A stretch of DNA of 64,000 bases from Sarea resinae. Taxonomy: Eukaryota. Where the stretch lies: assembly GCA_026026165.1 (NCBI GenBank), contig JAPEUD010000030.1:124001-188000 (forward strand), read 5' to 3'. The notes under the pieces are model-generated. The model was not told the origin of the DNA and did not search any database. It saw only the letters and a program-made list of their open reading frames with translations. The position numbers and the translations under genes are program-made. Of this stretch, positions 12,895-23,604 are shown in pieces (position 1 is the stretch's first letter; the number at the start of each line of letters is the position of its first letter).

Positions 12895-15800
12895 CGCAGC
12901 AAGGTAGAAGGTAGAAGGTATCGAGCAAGGCAAGGTGGACGGTAAGGTGAGGCAAGGTACGGGACTGAAGTAAGGAAGTGTGAGGGAAGGCAAGGTATCT
13001 GGGTCCGGAGTACTGAGTACCGCCGCAGAAGTAGTCGTCGTCGTGACGCTGGCAGCCTGGGGCCCAAGGTAGGTCGTCCGTAGTCCGTAGTCCGTAGTCC
13101 GTCTGTGCTGTGGTCGGTAACTATCGTAATAGGCTCGATTGTGGATGGTGGTGCTCCTGCTCGGGCTGGGCTCGTGAATATGGCAGCTCGATGGCTTCTT
13201 CGCCGGCCAAGGCGGCTTGGACACGGACAACTCTCAATGGGGGAGGTTGGATGCTTTCTCGTGTGATGGAGAATAAGAAAAGAGTCAAGAGGGGATGGGG
13301 AGGCAGGAAAGGTGAAGGAGAGAGAAAAAGAGAGAGTGAGAGAGGGATGGAAGAATGATAGATGAATAGCTGGTAGGCAGGGCCTCGACCTCGACCCAGT
13401 TACCCCAGACTCTACTAGTAGGCAGAGATGAACGATGAGCGACGAGAGATGGGATAAGATCATCTACCGTTGACACCGCACATACGCACATAAGGCACGC
13501 ACCTACGCAATTACACGCAGCTCGAGAGTGAAGAGAGGGTCCTGTCGTTGATCACGTTGATTACCTTATTTGCTCTGATCCATTCGGGCTCTATCTTGTC
13601 TGTCTCGATCCAGCCATGTATATTCTCTCCACGATCAACACGCAGACGATGCCGGTCTGACCGACCACGATGCATGCCTTCATGCCTTAGTCAGTGCACA
13701 TTGTGTCACTGTGGTCAAGGTTCTTACCGTCCTTACCGTCCTTACCGTCGAGTACAGTACGAGTAATGAGAGGAGTAGGCGTGAGAGTCAGAGTGAGCCA
13801 GAGTGAGTGTGTGCGCGCACGCGCAAAGGCTGCGCGCGACTGGAGGTCACTCAGCCAAGTCAAGAAGTCGCTCCGGACGGAGCTCTGCACCCGCCATCGG
13901 TCGTCTAACGTCGCTGTGGGGAGATTTTCCTCCGGGGAAATGAGCACAACAGCAATGGGATGCACCAGCCACTAGCACGCGCCCACAGCGGAGAGGCATT
14001 CTCCGTCCCCAGGCAGCAAGTACGCCGCCTGAGTTCTCGCCTCGTTAGTCGACTCTCACTCGTCGCCAAGGACGATCCTTTCTCTTTCGATTGAGGAATG
14101 ATGGAGAAAGTCCGAAAGGATCCCCAGCCCAAGGGGGGTGTCGCGGTGCGGGGGCGGAGACTACCCAGGTAGGGTTCTGAGTCGTTACGGCTACCTCGTC
14201 CGAGTCCCTGGCCCCCCTCGCTGCATCCCGAATGTTCTTGCGAATGGGCCGAGGACGTCTGACTTGTCCAACGGAATTTCCTAGGCCGAGGCTGTGGAAA
14301 AACCATGGGCAACTGCACCCGCAGGACCTGCACCGCCGGCTTACAATCACAAGGAGCAGATGCAGATGCAATTCGGGCACTTGGGCAAGTCCTGACGACG
14401 CACGACTTCTCCGACTGCTCTCGAGATCGATCACAGCGCCATGAGCCGGCAGGAGGCTACCAGCAGCACCACGATGCTGTTTCTTCGTGGCGGTTCCAAA
14501 ACGGAATGCCTACGTCCGCTGTCACGTATTGCAATTGAGCATCGAGGTACCTTACAGTCATTGCAGATTGAAAAGTATTTATGGCCTGGGGTACAAGCGC
14601 ACAAGTACCTCGCTGCACCGCCATACCATGCCGGATATTAGGCCGAGCGAGGCTCAAGGAATGGCCAAGCTGGAGGCCTATGCATTTCGATGTCATACAG
14701 CTCATAATGGTCGAGCATCGAATGGACCAACTCAATCTATGGGGCCCCGCATCCGGCTTACCACAGCCGAGAAGACGAAGAAGCAGCAGTAGGGGACGAA
14801 GAGTGTGAAAAGAGATGCATCCATGGAAAGAGTGCCGACGAAAGAGCATGCCGATGGATAATCCGCGACAGGGTGTGGGAGTAGCAATTGCGGGGAAGCC
14901 AGTTTCTGGCCATGGATGCAGGGTCGTGTCGCAGTCGAGTGGAGCTGTGTCGATGGATGTGTGATGTGGCTCCGAGGCAGCCATGCTCTACGGCAGGGCA
15001 TCGGCACCGATAACGTCGAAGAGGAGTTACGGGACGCGAGAAGGACGAGTCTGGATTCTCTTAGGTAAGACAGCAAGCCCCTGACTGATGCACTTCGTAC
15101 AGGATGTATCATGTACCAGGTGTCCCGGATGCTGGCTTGATGTGGCGGTAGATGCCGCCACCAAGTGAAAGATTTGATTTCCACCCCGTTCCACTTCTGC
15201 ATTCAGAGATCGGCCCTTTGGCTGCACATCTCGCACATCTGCGCATCCGCTTCCAGACTTCTTCGAGAAGGTGTCACTAGCCCATCCGCGGTCGGCTTTG
15301 GGCGATCACGAGCACCTGAGTGGCTGATGATTTATGCTTTGCCGCCCATCGGCAGACCGTCAGCTTCTGATCATTACTAGTAGCTTGACGTCGTTAGTCG
15401 CCGGTGTTCATCGTTCACAGTTCGCATCGGCGTTCACTTTCATCCGACGCGCACACGCACTGGGCCATACCGCCCGACAAGACTCGGCACACCTCAGGAC
15501 TACCTGCTGCTTGCGGCATAGGCCTGTTTCGACTGACTAGAGGATCTTCCGCAGAGAAGCCCATGGCGCCGAGGTGACGACGACGGGAATACGTTAATGC
15601 TGACGTTGGCGTTTGACTGCCTCATCCCGGCAGACATGATACGAGTATTCCGAGTAGGGTATGATACAAGAGGGACCGGGTGGCAACAGGGATGAATCCA
15701 AAAATAAAATTCAATAATCAAATTGGAATACGACTTGCCTTGCTTTCTGAAAGTCTGAAAGAATCGTCCCATGGATGCCTCCTGGCCGATGTTAATCTGA

Positions 15801-16977
15801 AGCGTGTCGGTCCTGGACGGTCCTTTCGCTTCAGCATCAGGACGGAGCAGGGAATGGCATGGTCTGGCATGGTCTCCCACGGTCGCCAGGGCTATGTCGA
15901 TTTGGTACAAGTACCTGATCTTCGCGTGACATCCAGCGACAACGCGCGAGTAGTCAAAGGCATGCCATGTAGACTCTACCGCTACCGTCCACCGCCTTAT
16001 ACTCTAGGATACCTTTTAGATTTTCTCCCAGCTTTTCCAGTCTCATCTCTCCACTTCGAGACAGCCAGACGGCCAGACAACAGAGAGCGCGACTCCCAAG
16101 TCTGTTCGCTAGCAGTAGTATTCTCATGATTAAGGTAATTGTTCTTCATATCATCCCACTGCTATCGCGACTACTATCATGATCGCCGAGAGAGCATTCG
16201 TAGTCCGTACTTGCTCCAGCGGAAGAGAGAGAGCGCGGGCCGTGACATTCTTTTCTTTTTCTCCTCTCCTCTTCTCCTCCTCTCCTCCTTCTGTCCACAT
16301 CTTCTCTTTCTCTTCCCCCTTCCTGACCTCATCTTGCGCCGCCAAGCGGTCACGTTACGGTCCGTGCCAATCGCCATAGGGCTACAAGTGTCCCGTACGA
16401 ATCCCTTCGACAGCTCAAGTACTTTCTCGTCGGGCTGCTAGCAAGCCTTACCTAAGGATCTGGTTGGCACTGAAGTAGGCTGCCCGGTACGGCCAAGAGG
16501 TACCGACCGTGCTGTGGTTACGCTCTCTTTTAGCTGTTTTAGCACTGTCACCGACAATCAGCCATCCATCTCCGGCCAACTGCTACCACCACTACTTCCG
16601 TACATACGCTGAACTATTTCGACAACTTACATTGCTGATCACGGCCTTTCCGTGTCCCGCTCCCTCTTTCCCTCTCTTCTCTTCTCTCCTCTCCCTCTCT
16701 CACACTGCCCGCCTCGAGTGTCGAGTCTCGAGCACATCGCTCCTACGATTATTCTTATCCTCACCATCAACATCATCTTTCAGATCGCCTTCTCTTTCTT
16801 CGCCGCTTCAGTCGGTCGTCGTCGTCGACTTGCTCGCAGTCTGGGACTTGGCTGCTCGGTCGGCGCTTCCGTGGCCTGCCGTGACTGCAAGCCTTCTTCG
16901 CTTCTTCTTCGCTTCCACCTCCTTATACCCTGTCCCATCTCAGACCATCCTTATAACGCTACCAAGTGTTCGATCGG

Positions 16978-17016
16978 CCACCACCACCACCACCACCACC
17001 ACAACAACAACAACCA
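16978..17016 (+). repeat. (CAC)n(AAC)n trinucleotide tract just upstream of the copper-fist ATG
   Basis: ccaccaccaccaccaccaccaccacaacaacaacaaccac visible directly. Confidence 0.9.
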
Positions 17017-17035
17017 CTTCGCACGTCGAAAGAGG

Positions 17036-18590
17036 ATGCTCATCGACGGTGAAAAATATGCTTGCGAGGCCTGCGTTCGCGGTCATCGTGTGAGCAACTG
17101 CCAACATTCCGGTGAGTCCCCGCCAGCCGATGCATCTGGCCAAGCTCGATTCGCCATCCCGTACCGGCGCTAATGATCGACAAAGATCGACCTCTGACCC
17201 ATATCAACAAAAAGGGTCGTCCAGTATCCCAATGCACGCACTGTCGAGGCCTTCGCAAGTCTCGAGCCGCTCATGTCAAGTGTGATTGTGGTGAGAAGAC
17301 TCGTGCCAAGGGACCATGCACCCATCTCGACAAGACCGACACCAAATGTAAGCCTCGCTCTAGGTCTCGCAGGGCCATGACTGACGTTGCGTAGCGGAAA
17401 CGCCGGCGTGCAGTTGCAATCATGGAGCCAAGTGCACCTGCTCGGTGAAAAAGGAACAGCTGGATCCCGTCTTCGAATTTGACGGACTCGACTCGGCTTC
17501 GTCTTCGAGTGCCGAGCTGCGAAAACCCCGTCTTCCATCGGTGCAGTCGGAAACGTCGTTGACCGTCTTCGCCAATGGCCATCACAAGCCAGTGCATAAG
17601 CACAATCACATGGCTCACAAATGCGGCGCTCCTTATACCATTCCAAGGTCCCACACGATACACGGCTCTACCGAGCTGAGTCGACATTCATCGGGCTTGT
17701 CTGGGAACTTTGCGGACTTGATGAGCTCCAGGTTTCCAGGCGTTCAAGACTCTCGTCTGATCAAATCCGAATGTGCCTCCCCCGAAATGCGAGGTGTCTC
17801 GCGCATGGAGCAGTTGAACGATCAACTACCTCCCCTCGATCTCGCCTTTCCATCGTACAACAATAGCGCGGCTGCAAGCCAGACGCAACTGGATTCCACC
17901 TCGGTCCCAGATACTCCTTTCGATAACTATCTTGCGACACCCGATATGGAGCAGGCAATGTTCTCGGCTGGTCTCTGCATGCCTGTCGATTGGTCAGCCT
18001 TGGATTTGCCCTTGGACAACGAGTTTTCGGCCGATTACAGCCAAGCTCCTTCTTACGCAAGCTTCGACTATAACAACCTCAGCCAAGCTGGCTTAACCGC
18101 ACCTTCTTCCGGCGAGGTCTCGGAAGCGGGCGATTTTGTTCCGTTGGCGGAATCGAATCCGCTCAACACGCCAAGTCTCATCAACAATCAATTCGCCTCG
18201 GATTCCTCGGAGCTGTGTGAGTCGGATTCGAACCGCCTGAGTGCCGCGTCTTCATATATAGGACTGTCCCAAGTTTCGATGCTAGCGTCTGAGAACTTGG
18301 AGTCTCTGGACATTGATGACTTCCTACGCGACGCGGCAGCGGGCACTTCTTTTGATCCCAACGTCACCCTGCAGCCAGAGTCACGACCCTTTTCCGGAGC
18401 AGGCTACCGGAGCAATGAGGCTCTGAAGATGGCACCGCGCAGCGTCCCAACCGACGACATGGGTCTCGTCTTGACCCACGAGAACACAGACGCTTTCAAT
18501 TCTTCGGCCTCGACCCCTTATTCGCAAGGCGCCAGCGGGCCTTTTGGCGAGCCAGAACGAGACATCCTTGACCCGTCATGGAACAGCTAA
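17036..18590 (+). CDS. Copper-fist DNA-binding transcription factor (Ace1/Cup2/AceA-Haa1 family), ~477 aa, 3 exons (17036-17111, 17186-17347, 17395-18590)
   Basis: MLIDGEKYACEACVRGHRVSNCQHS|DRPLTHINKKGRPVSQCTHCR is the copper-fist signature, followed by Cys-rich CDC and CSCNHGAKCTC; introns GTGAGT..CTAAT..AAG and GTAAGC..CTGAC..TAG. Confidence 0.92.
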
Positions 18591-19892
18591 CCCTTGTGGC
18601 AAGGCCCGGGCCTTTTTCCATCGACACGACTTTCGCATGTGGACGCTGGGACCGTTCCGTCATGAATGCTACGAGAAAAGACACTATATCTTTCACGGCA
18701 GATTTAACGCGTTTATTTGCGTGTATATAAACTTTATTTCCTTTGTCCTCGCGCTATAGACTACTGCTGGTTTTCGCTTTCCTCTTTAGACTTTTCTGCC
18801 ATGGTTTTGGGCTTGGCACGTTTTGATCTTAGTTTGCGCTCGAGTTGGATCTTTTGTTGAGATTACCCAGCACCTTGACGTTGACGTTTAACCTATGCAA
18901 CATGGTTGTTGATGAGCTGCTGAGTTTGGTGGTACATGTCTCGCCATTTCTTGCCAATAGTTATTTTCTTTTTACCCAAAATGCCCCCGTCGCGCGTTGT
19001 TCCTGTCTTGTTTCTATTGGTTTTCTGACGGTCGAAGGACGGGGGGTGCGGGCGATGACTTATAGACTTGGGTTGGAATTTGATCCAGAGGGTGAAACGA
19101 CGCGCAGAAGGAACGAGTGCAGATAATGCCAATGCAAATGCAAACGCAAAAGTGAAATGCAAATCCTCGATTCACAGAACGGCTCTCGCAATGTATGCAA
19201 GCGTGCAAAACAAACAAACAATGACCTCCAGGCTTACCTAGGGTAGGGCTGGGGTAGGACTAAGAAGAGCTGGGTGTGACGATGATCCTGAGCTGGGTAG
19301 CCCCGAGATACTAGGGAGGTAAGTATCTCCGATGCAGAAGTGGCACCGCGCCGCACATTGGATTGATGCCAGGTACCTTGGGGAGGTAGTGCGTACACGA
19401 ACAGCGCGAGTACAGGTGCAGCTGCAGCTGCACCCTTCAGTGACCGACCCGACGTCATACAAAGCATGGTACTTCGTAGTGTCGTCATATCTGGCTACCT
19501 AATCCATCACCACCACGCGCGCCGAACCATGGCAAAGGGCCAAAAGCTGGCACAAGCATCGGGAAAGCAGGAATGCTGTTGTGGTTGCATGTTGCATGGG
19601 AAATGAGAGAAAGCCACACATCACCCCCTACCCCCTACCCCCTACACCTCCATGTCACATAAATACACATGGGGGCCACATTCACTTGCTCCATAGCTTC
19701 TGCCGTGCAGAGAAACAATTTTACCTACATACCTGAGCTGACCACCTCTTTCTTCTACGGAGACTCTTCATAAAACCAATTGCACTCACTCACAATCGAC
19801 TCCCTCTAATTCATTCGCACTCAAGTGACCATCACCACCCACCTTCCAAAACCACCAATACCAAACAAAACAAGATAAAAACACCAGCCAAA

Positions 19893-20341
19893 ATGACCGG
19901 CATCACCGCTTCGATCGAGAACCTGGTCTCGAGCATCATCGGCGTCTTCACATCGCTGCTGCACTCCATCTTCGACATCTTCCGCTCTTTGCTGAACACG
20001 CTGTTGTCATCCGTGCAGGGCGTCGCCGCCATGGCCGGCACCTTTATCGAGAGCGTCCTCGGCCTCTTCAAGAGTCTGCTGGGCTTTTTGATGAGTAAGT
20101 TTGATCTCTGTCTTCTCTGTCACTCCTTCGTTTGTTTGTTTCTTGGGGGGGGGGTGAAGAGTGTGATGATTGGACTGGACTGGACTGGGTGGAGGTTTGA
20201 TATTCTGATGGACTTGGTGCTGATGCTCACGCAGGCAATATCCTCATCATCGGTCTTCTCGTCGCGGCCTTTGTCGGCTATACCGCTTTCGTGCAGCAAA
20301 AGGGCGGCAAGGGCGTCACGGGTGGAAAGAAGAGGGCTTAG
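19893..20341 (+). CDS. Small (~102 aa) hypothetical membrane protein; amphipathic helices plus C-terminal TM segment and basic tail; exons 19893-20094 and 20235-20341
   Basis: Strong start context (caaaATGA), biased codons, intron GTAAGT..CTGAT..CAG. Spliced end reads SNILIIGLLVAAFVGYTAFVQQKGGKGVTGGKKRA*. Confidence 0.8.
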
Positions 20342-20350
20342 GCCGCCGTT

Positions 20351-20383
<33 letters not shown>
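20351..20383. repeat. (GTC)11 microsatellite in 3' UTR
   Basis: Directly visible. Confidence 0.9.
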
Positions 20384-20385
<2 letters not shown>

Positions 20386-21224
20386 TGTCGCCGTTACGTG
20401 TGTCAAAAGCGGATGGCTAGGAAAGGCAGATTGGCAGGATGGCAGAATGGATGGGATAGGATGGGCCAGAAGAGAACAGCGGACGATATGATAAGACGTG
20501 ATGGGTTTCGACAGAGGGGAGTTATGATACGGAAGAATGGAAAACTTAGCCAGATCGACGCGACAGACGACAAGTAGGAGATTAACGGGCGGGGCAGGCA
20601 GGCAGGCGTGCGGTCAGGACGGAAAATAAGACGATCCCTCATCCCATATACCATCTACCCTCTCCCCTCTATTCTCCGGCCTGTTTTTCGTGTCTTGCCA
20701 TGTTTCTAGCCAGCTCTCCTTCCTCCTTTCGTCTTTCCTTCTTTCCCTTACCACCCTGTCTGTCCCTCTTAATCACAATGCGCTCTGTCCCCTTGATCGC
20801 CGTATCTCTATTTCCCCTGATCGCTCTCCTTTCCTCTACTAGCAATGGCTAAAAGAACCCTGAAGTAGGTAGGCTGCAATAGCATACCAGTCAATAAACA
20901 TCCACTCTAAATTACAGTCTTCCTAGTAAACAGGCAAAGCTGGTCTTATATGCGCTATAAAAGAATACTGTAACCTACCTAGCTTATCTAGGTGATTATA
21001 CCTTATTTGGCTACTGTATAGTAGTGCTTCTTATTATAATACCAGTTCTCTATGCTAATATAAGATATCTGAAAAAAGTGCCTATTTCAAAATCATCCGT
21101 CGACGGGATATTTTGATATAGACTAGATTTGAGACGAGATAGGCAGGTCCGCGCAGATGATCCTCCCGGCTGTAACACCAATTCTAACCACCTGCAGGTT
21201 CCTGCGGCACATTTTGGCCTCGGC

Positions 21225-21971
21225 ATGCGGCCACTGCTGTCCCTGAAGTCACAGTGCGAGTTCCTCTTGCTCCAACTGCGTCTCAGTGTCGGACGCCGCA
21301 TTCTCGGTCCCGTGGGCAGACTAGGCGTCCAAGTCAGCCGGAGCAGAATCATCAAAGGCCCCTGCGGCGACGCCGAGCTCATAGCTCTAGAATACGTCCA
21401 AGAACACACCACCGTCCCCGTGCCAAGGCTCTATCAAGTCTTCCGCGTCCCAGACGACTTGTACATCGAGCTCGAATCCGTCGCGGGGGCCGACCTTTCC
21501 AGCCTCTGGGGAAGCGGCCAGCTGTCTCGCGACCAGAAACGTGGCAAGGCATCGTGGAAGAAATCGCCGGATAATTTCCGCGTGTCGTCGATCCCCTTCG
21601 ACGCCCTTCCCCACCATCGCCGCCTTCCACTCGTTCCTCCGCGGACACATCCCGGCCGCCTCCTGCGCCGCGGTGTTCGGACCCGACGTAGCTCGCTGTC
21701 ACGACCCCGCGCGCGCATGCGCCAGCGTCTTCACGCACGTTCCGATATCTGTCCGCGCAATATCATCATCACGCCTACCGGGACGCCCGTCTTGATCGAT
21801 TGGGAGCTCGCGGGCTGGCGGCCCGAGTATTGGGAGTACACCAAGGCGTTTTATCCCTTGATCAGCGCCGAGGATTGGTACGAGTTGTTTGACCTGTGCT
21901 GCTCGAGGCGGTACGGGGAAGAGTTGGTGGCGGAGCGGAAGCTCTGGAGGGTGCTGGATCAGCCGTGGTAG
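21225..21971 (+). pseudogene. Aminoglycoside-phosphotransferase/choline-kinase-like (APH family) gene, frameshifted relic
   Basis: APH-like motifs ELIALEYVQEHTTVPVPRLY, PFPTIAAFHSFL, VFTH/SDICPRNII and LIDWELAGWRPEYWEY are spread over three frames, with shifts near 21545, 21573 and 21739. Confidence 0.75.
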
Positions 21972-22706
21972 TGAGCGGTGGGGTGGGGTAGTCGTGGGCG
22001 CTGTTGGGTGACGGGACAGGCGTTTTAGGATGGGTGGGAGAGAAGAGGCTGATTGATAGGTTGACTACTTACTAAATAGAGGACTACTGATATGAATGCA
22101 GGACCTGGAGCAGACAGCTAGTAGAGAGCTTTCTAGTAGGCTGCCCTTGTATACAGTAGGTAGGTAGGGAAGGATCACCGGCCCGGCTTATTTTGATAAA
22201 GGTCTACTTACTATCAATCGGGATTTTAAGGACAGTGTGTTGTTAACACCAAAGCGTATAATCTGTAGTTCCTCTTTCTCGCTGAAAGAAGGAATTCAAC
22301 CTGATATCTTTAAGAAAGGGTTTGTGGCCTACATACCTGCCTAGCCTCTCTCTCTCTCTCTCTCTCTCTTATTATGTCTTCTGTTTACCGGGATCTTGTT
22401 AGAAATAGGAGAGATGCTAGGGTAAAGAGTGATAGAGACAGATAGATATAGAGTGTAGATATAATGTGATATAATTTAGAGAGATAGAGAGAGATAGAGA
22501 GAGATACTAATGTGCCAGCTTAAAAGAGTGTGTAAATGTAGCAGAGTAATATAAGGATAGTATTTAGTGTTATATAGCAGATCCTAGTTATATAGTCTAC
22601 ACTACTACCTATCTACCCTATCTACCCTATTTATACATCTACACTATCTACTCTATCTACACTATTTATACATCTACAATCTACACAAACAAGACCTATC
22701 CTCTAA

Positions 22707-22760
22707 CTAACCTCCTAACCTCCTAACCTCCTAACCTCCTAGCCTTCCTAACCCTCCTAA
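22707..22760. repeat. (CTAACCTC)4+ degenerate tandem repeat within a TA-rich low-complexity tract
   Basis: Four perfect octamers at 22707-22738, then degenerate copies. Confidence 0.8.
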
Positions 22761-23604
22761 TCTCCTACTCTATCCTACCTTGCTATACCCCTCTCTACCC
22801 TACCCTATCCTAACCTAACCTATCCTACCCTGCCCTCTCTATCTACAACACTCTTATCCACCTATCTACACTTCCTCCTCACACACCCTTCACCTTCCTC
22901 TTCCTCTTCCTCTTCCTCTTCCCCTTCCTTTTCCCCTTCCCGATCTTTTTTTCTTGTTCTTGTTCTTTTTCTTTTCCTTTTCGATTCCTTCTAGCCTTTG
23001 CATGTCTCGTTGATCTGATATCATCCATTCGTTCATGGTTTTTTTATTTACATGACATGTCTTGTCTTGTCTTGTCTTGTTTTGTCCATGTGGATGAAGA
23101 ATTTATTTCTTTTATCTATCTATTTGGTTTTATCGATTTGCTCAGTTTGCTTGCTTGCTGAATCTTTTGTTTGCTCGTTTGTCTCGGATCGGAGAGATTG
23201 GAGAAAAAAGGATCAAGAGATCAGAGATCAGAGATCAGAGATCAGTCCTAGAAGGAAACAAGCAAGTAAGCAAATGAGTGCCAAGCTTGCAAGATCTGTG
23301 ATTTCAAGTAGCTACTTTGTGGAGACGAATGCATGGACGAACGGGTGGATAGATAGACGGATGGCTAGATGGACAGACGGCATAAATGAGAAGCACGAAA
23401 GATGATGAAACAAAACCCATTACCATCGTCAGCATCATCATCATCGTCGTCGTCGTCAATTGTCGTCACAATCACCATCGTCGCTATCTCAGAAGCCTCT
23501 CTTCAAGCAAGCCGTCTCGAGCCTCCCAATTGAAAAGACAAGGAAAAACGCCCGGACCCAAAGCCACACCTTGACTACCACAACCCATACCACAATGGAA
23601 ACCC

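Noticed and set aside
12201..13463. 420-aa ORF with poly-Pro (and poly-Gly antisense ORFs)
   Set aside because: Produced by the poly-G run and low-complexity leader; it overlaps the true TF start out of frame.
18893..19162. ORF with a signal-peptide-like start (FTFAFAFALAL)
   Set aside because: TTG start; hydrophobicity comes from a TTTGCA repeat in the 3' region of the copper-fist gene.
20163..20223. Box C (GTGATGA) and box D (CTGA) in the microprotein intron
   Set aside because: Span too short and filled with a GGACT repeat; the second CTGA is the branch site; no identifiable rRNA guide.
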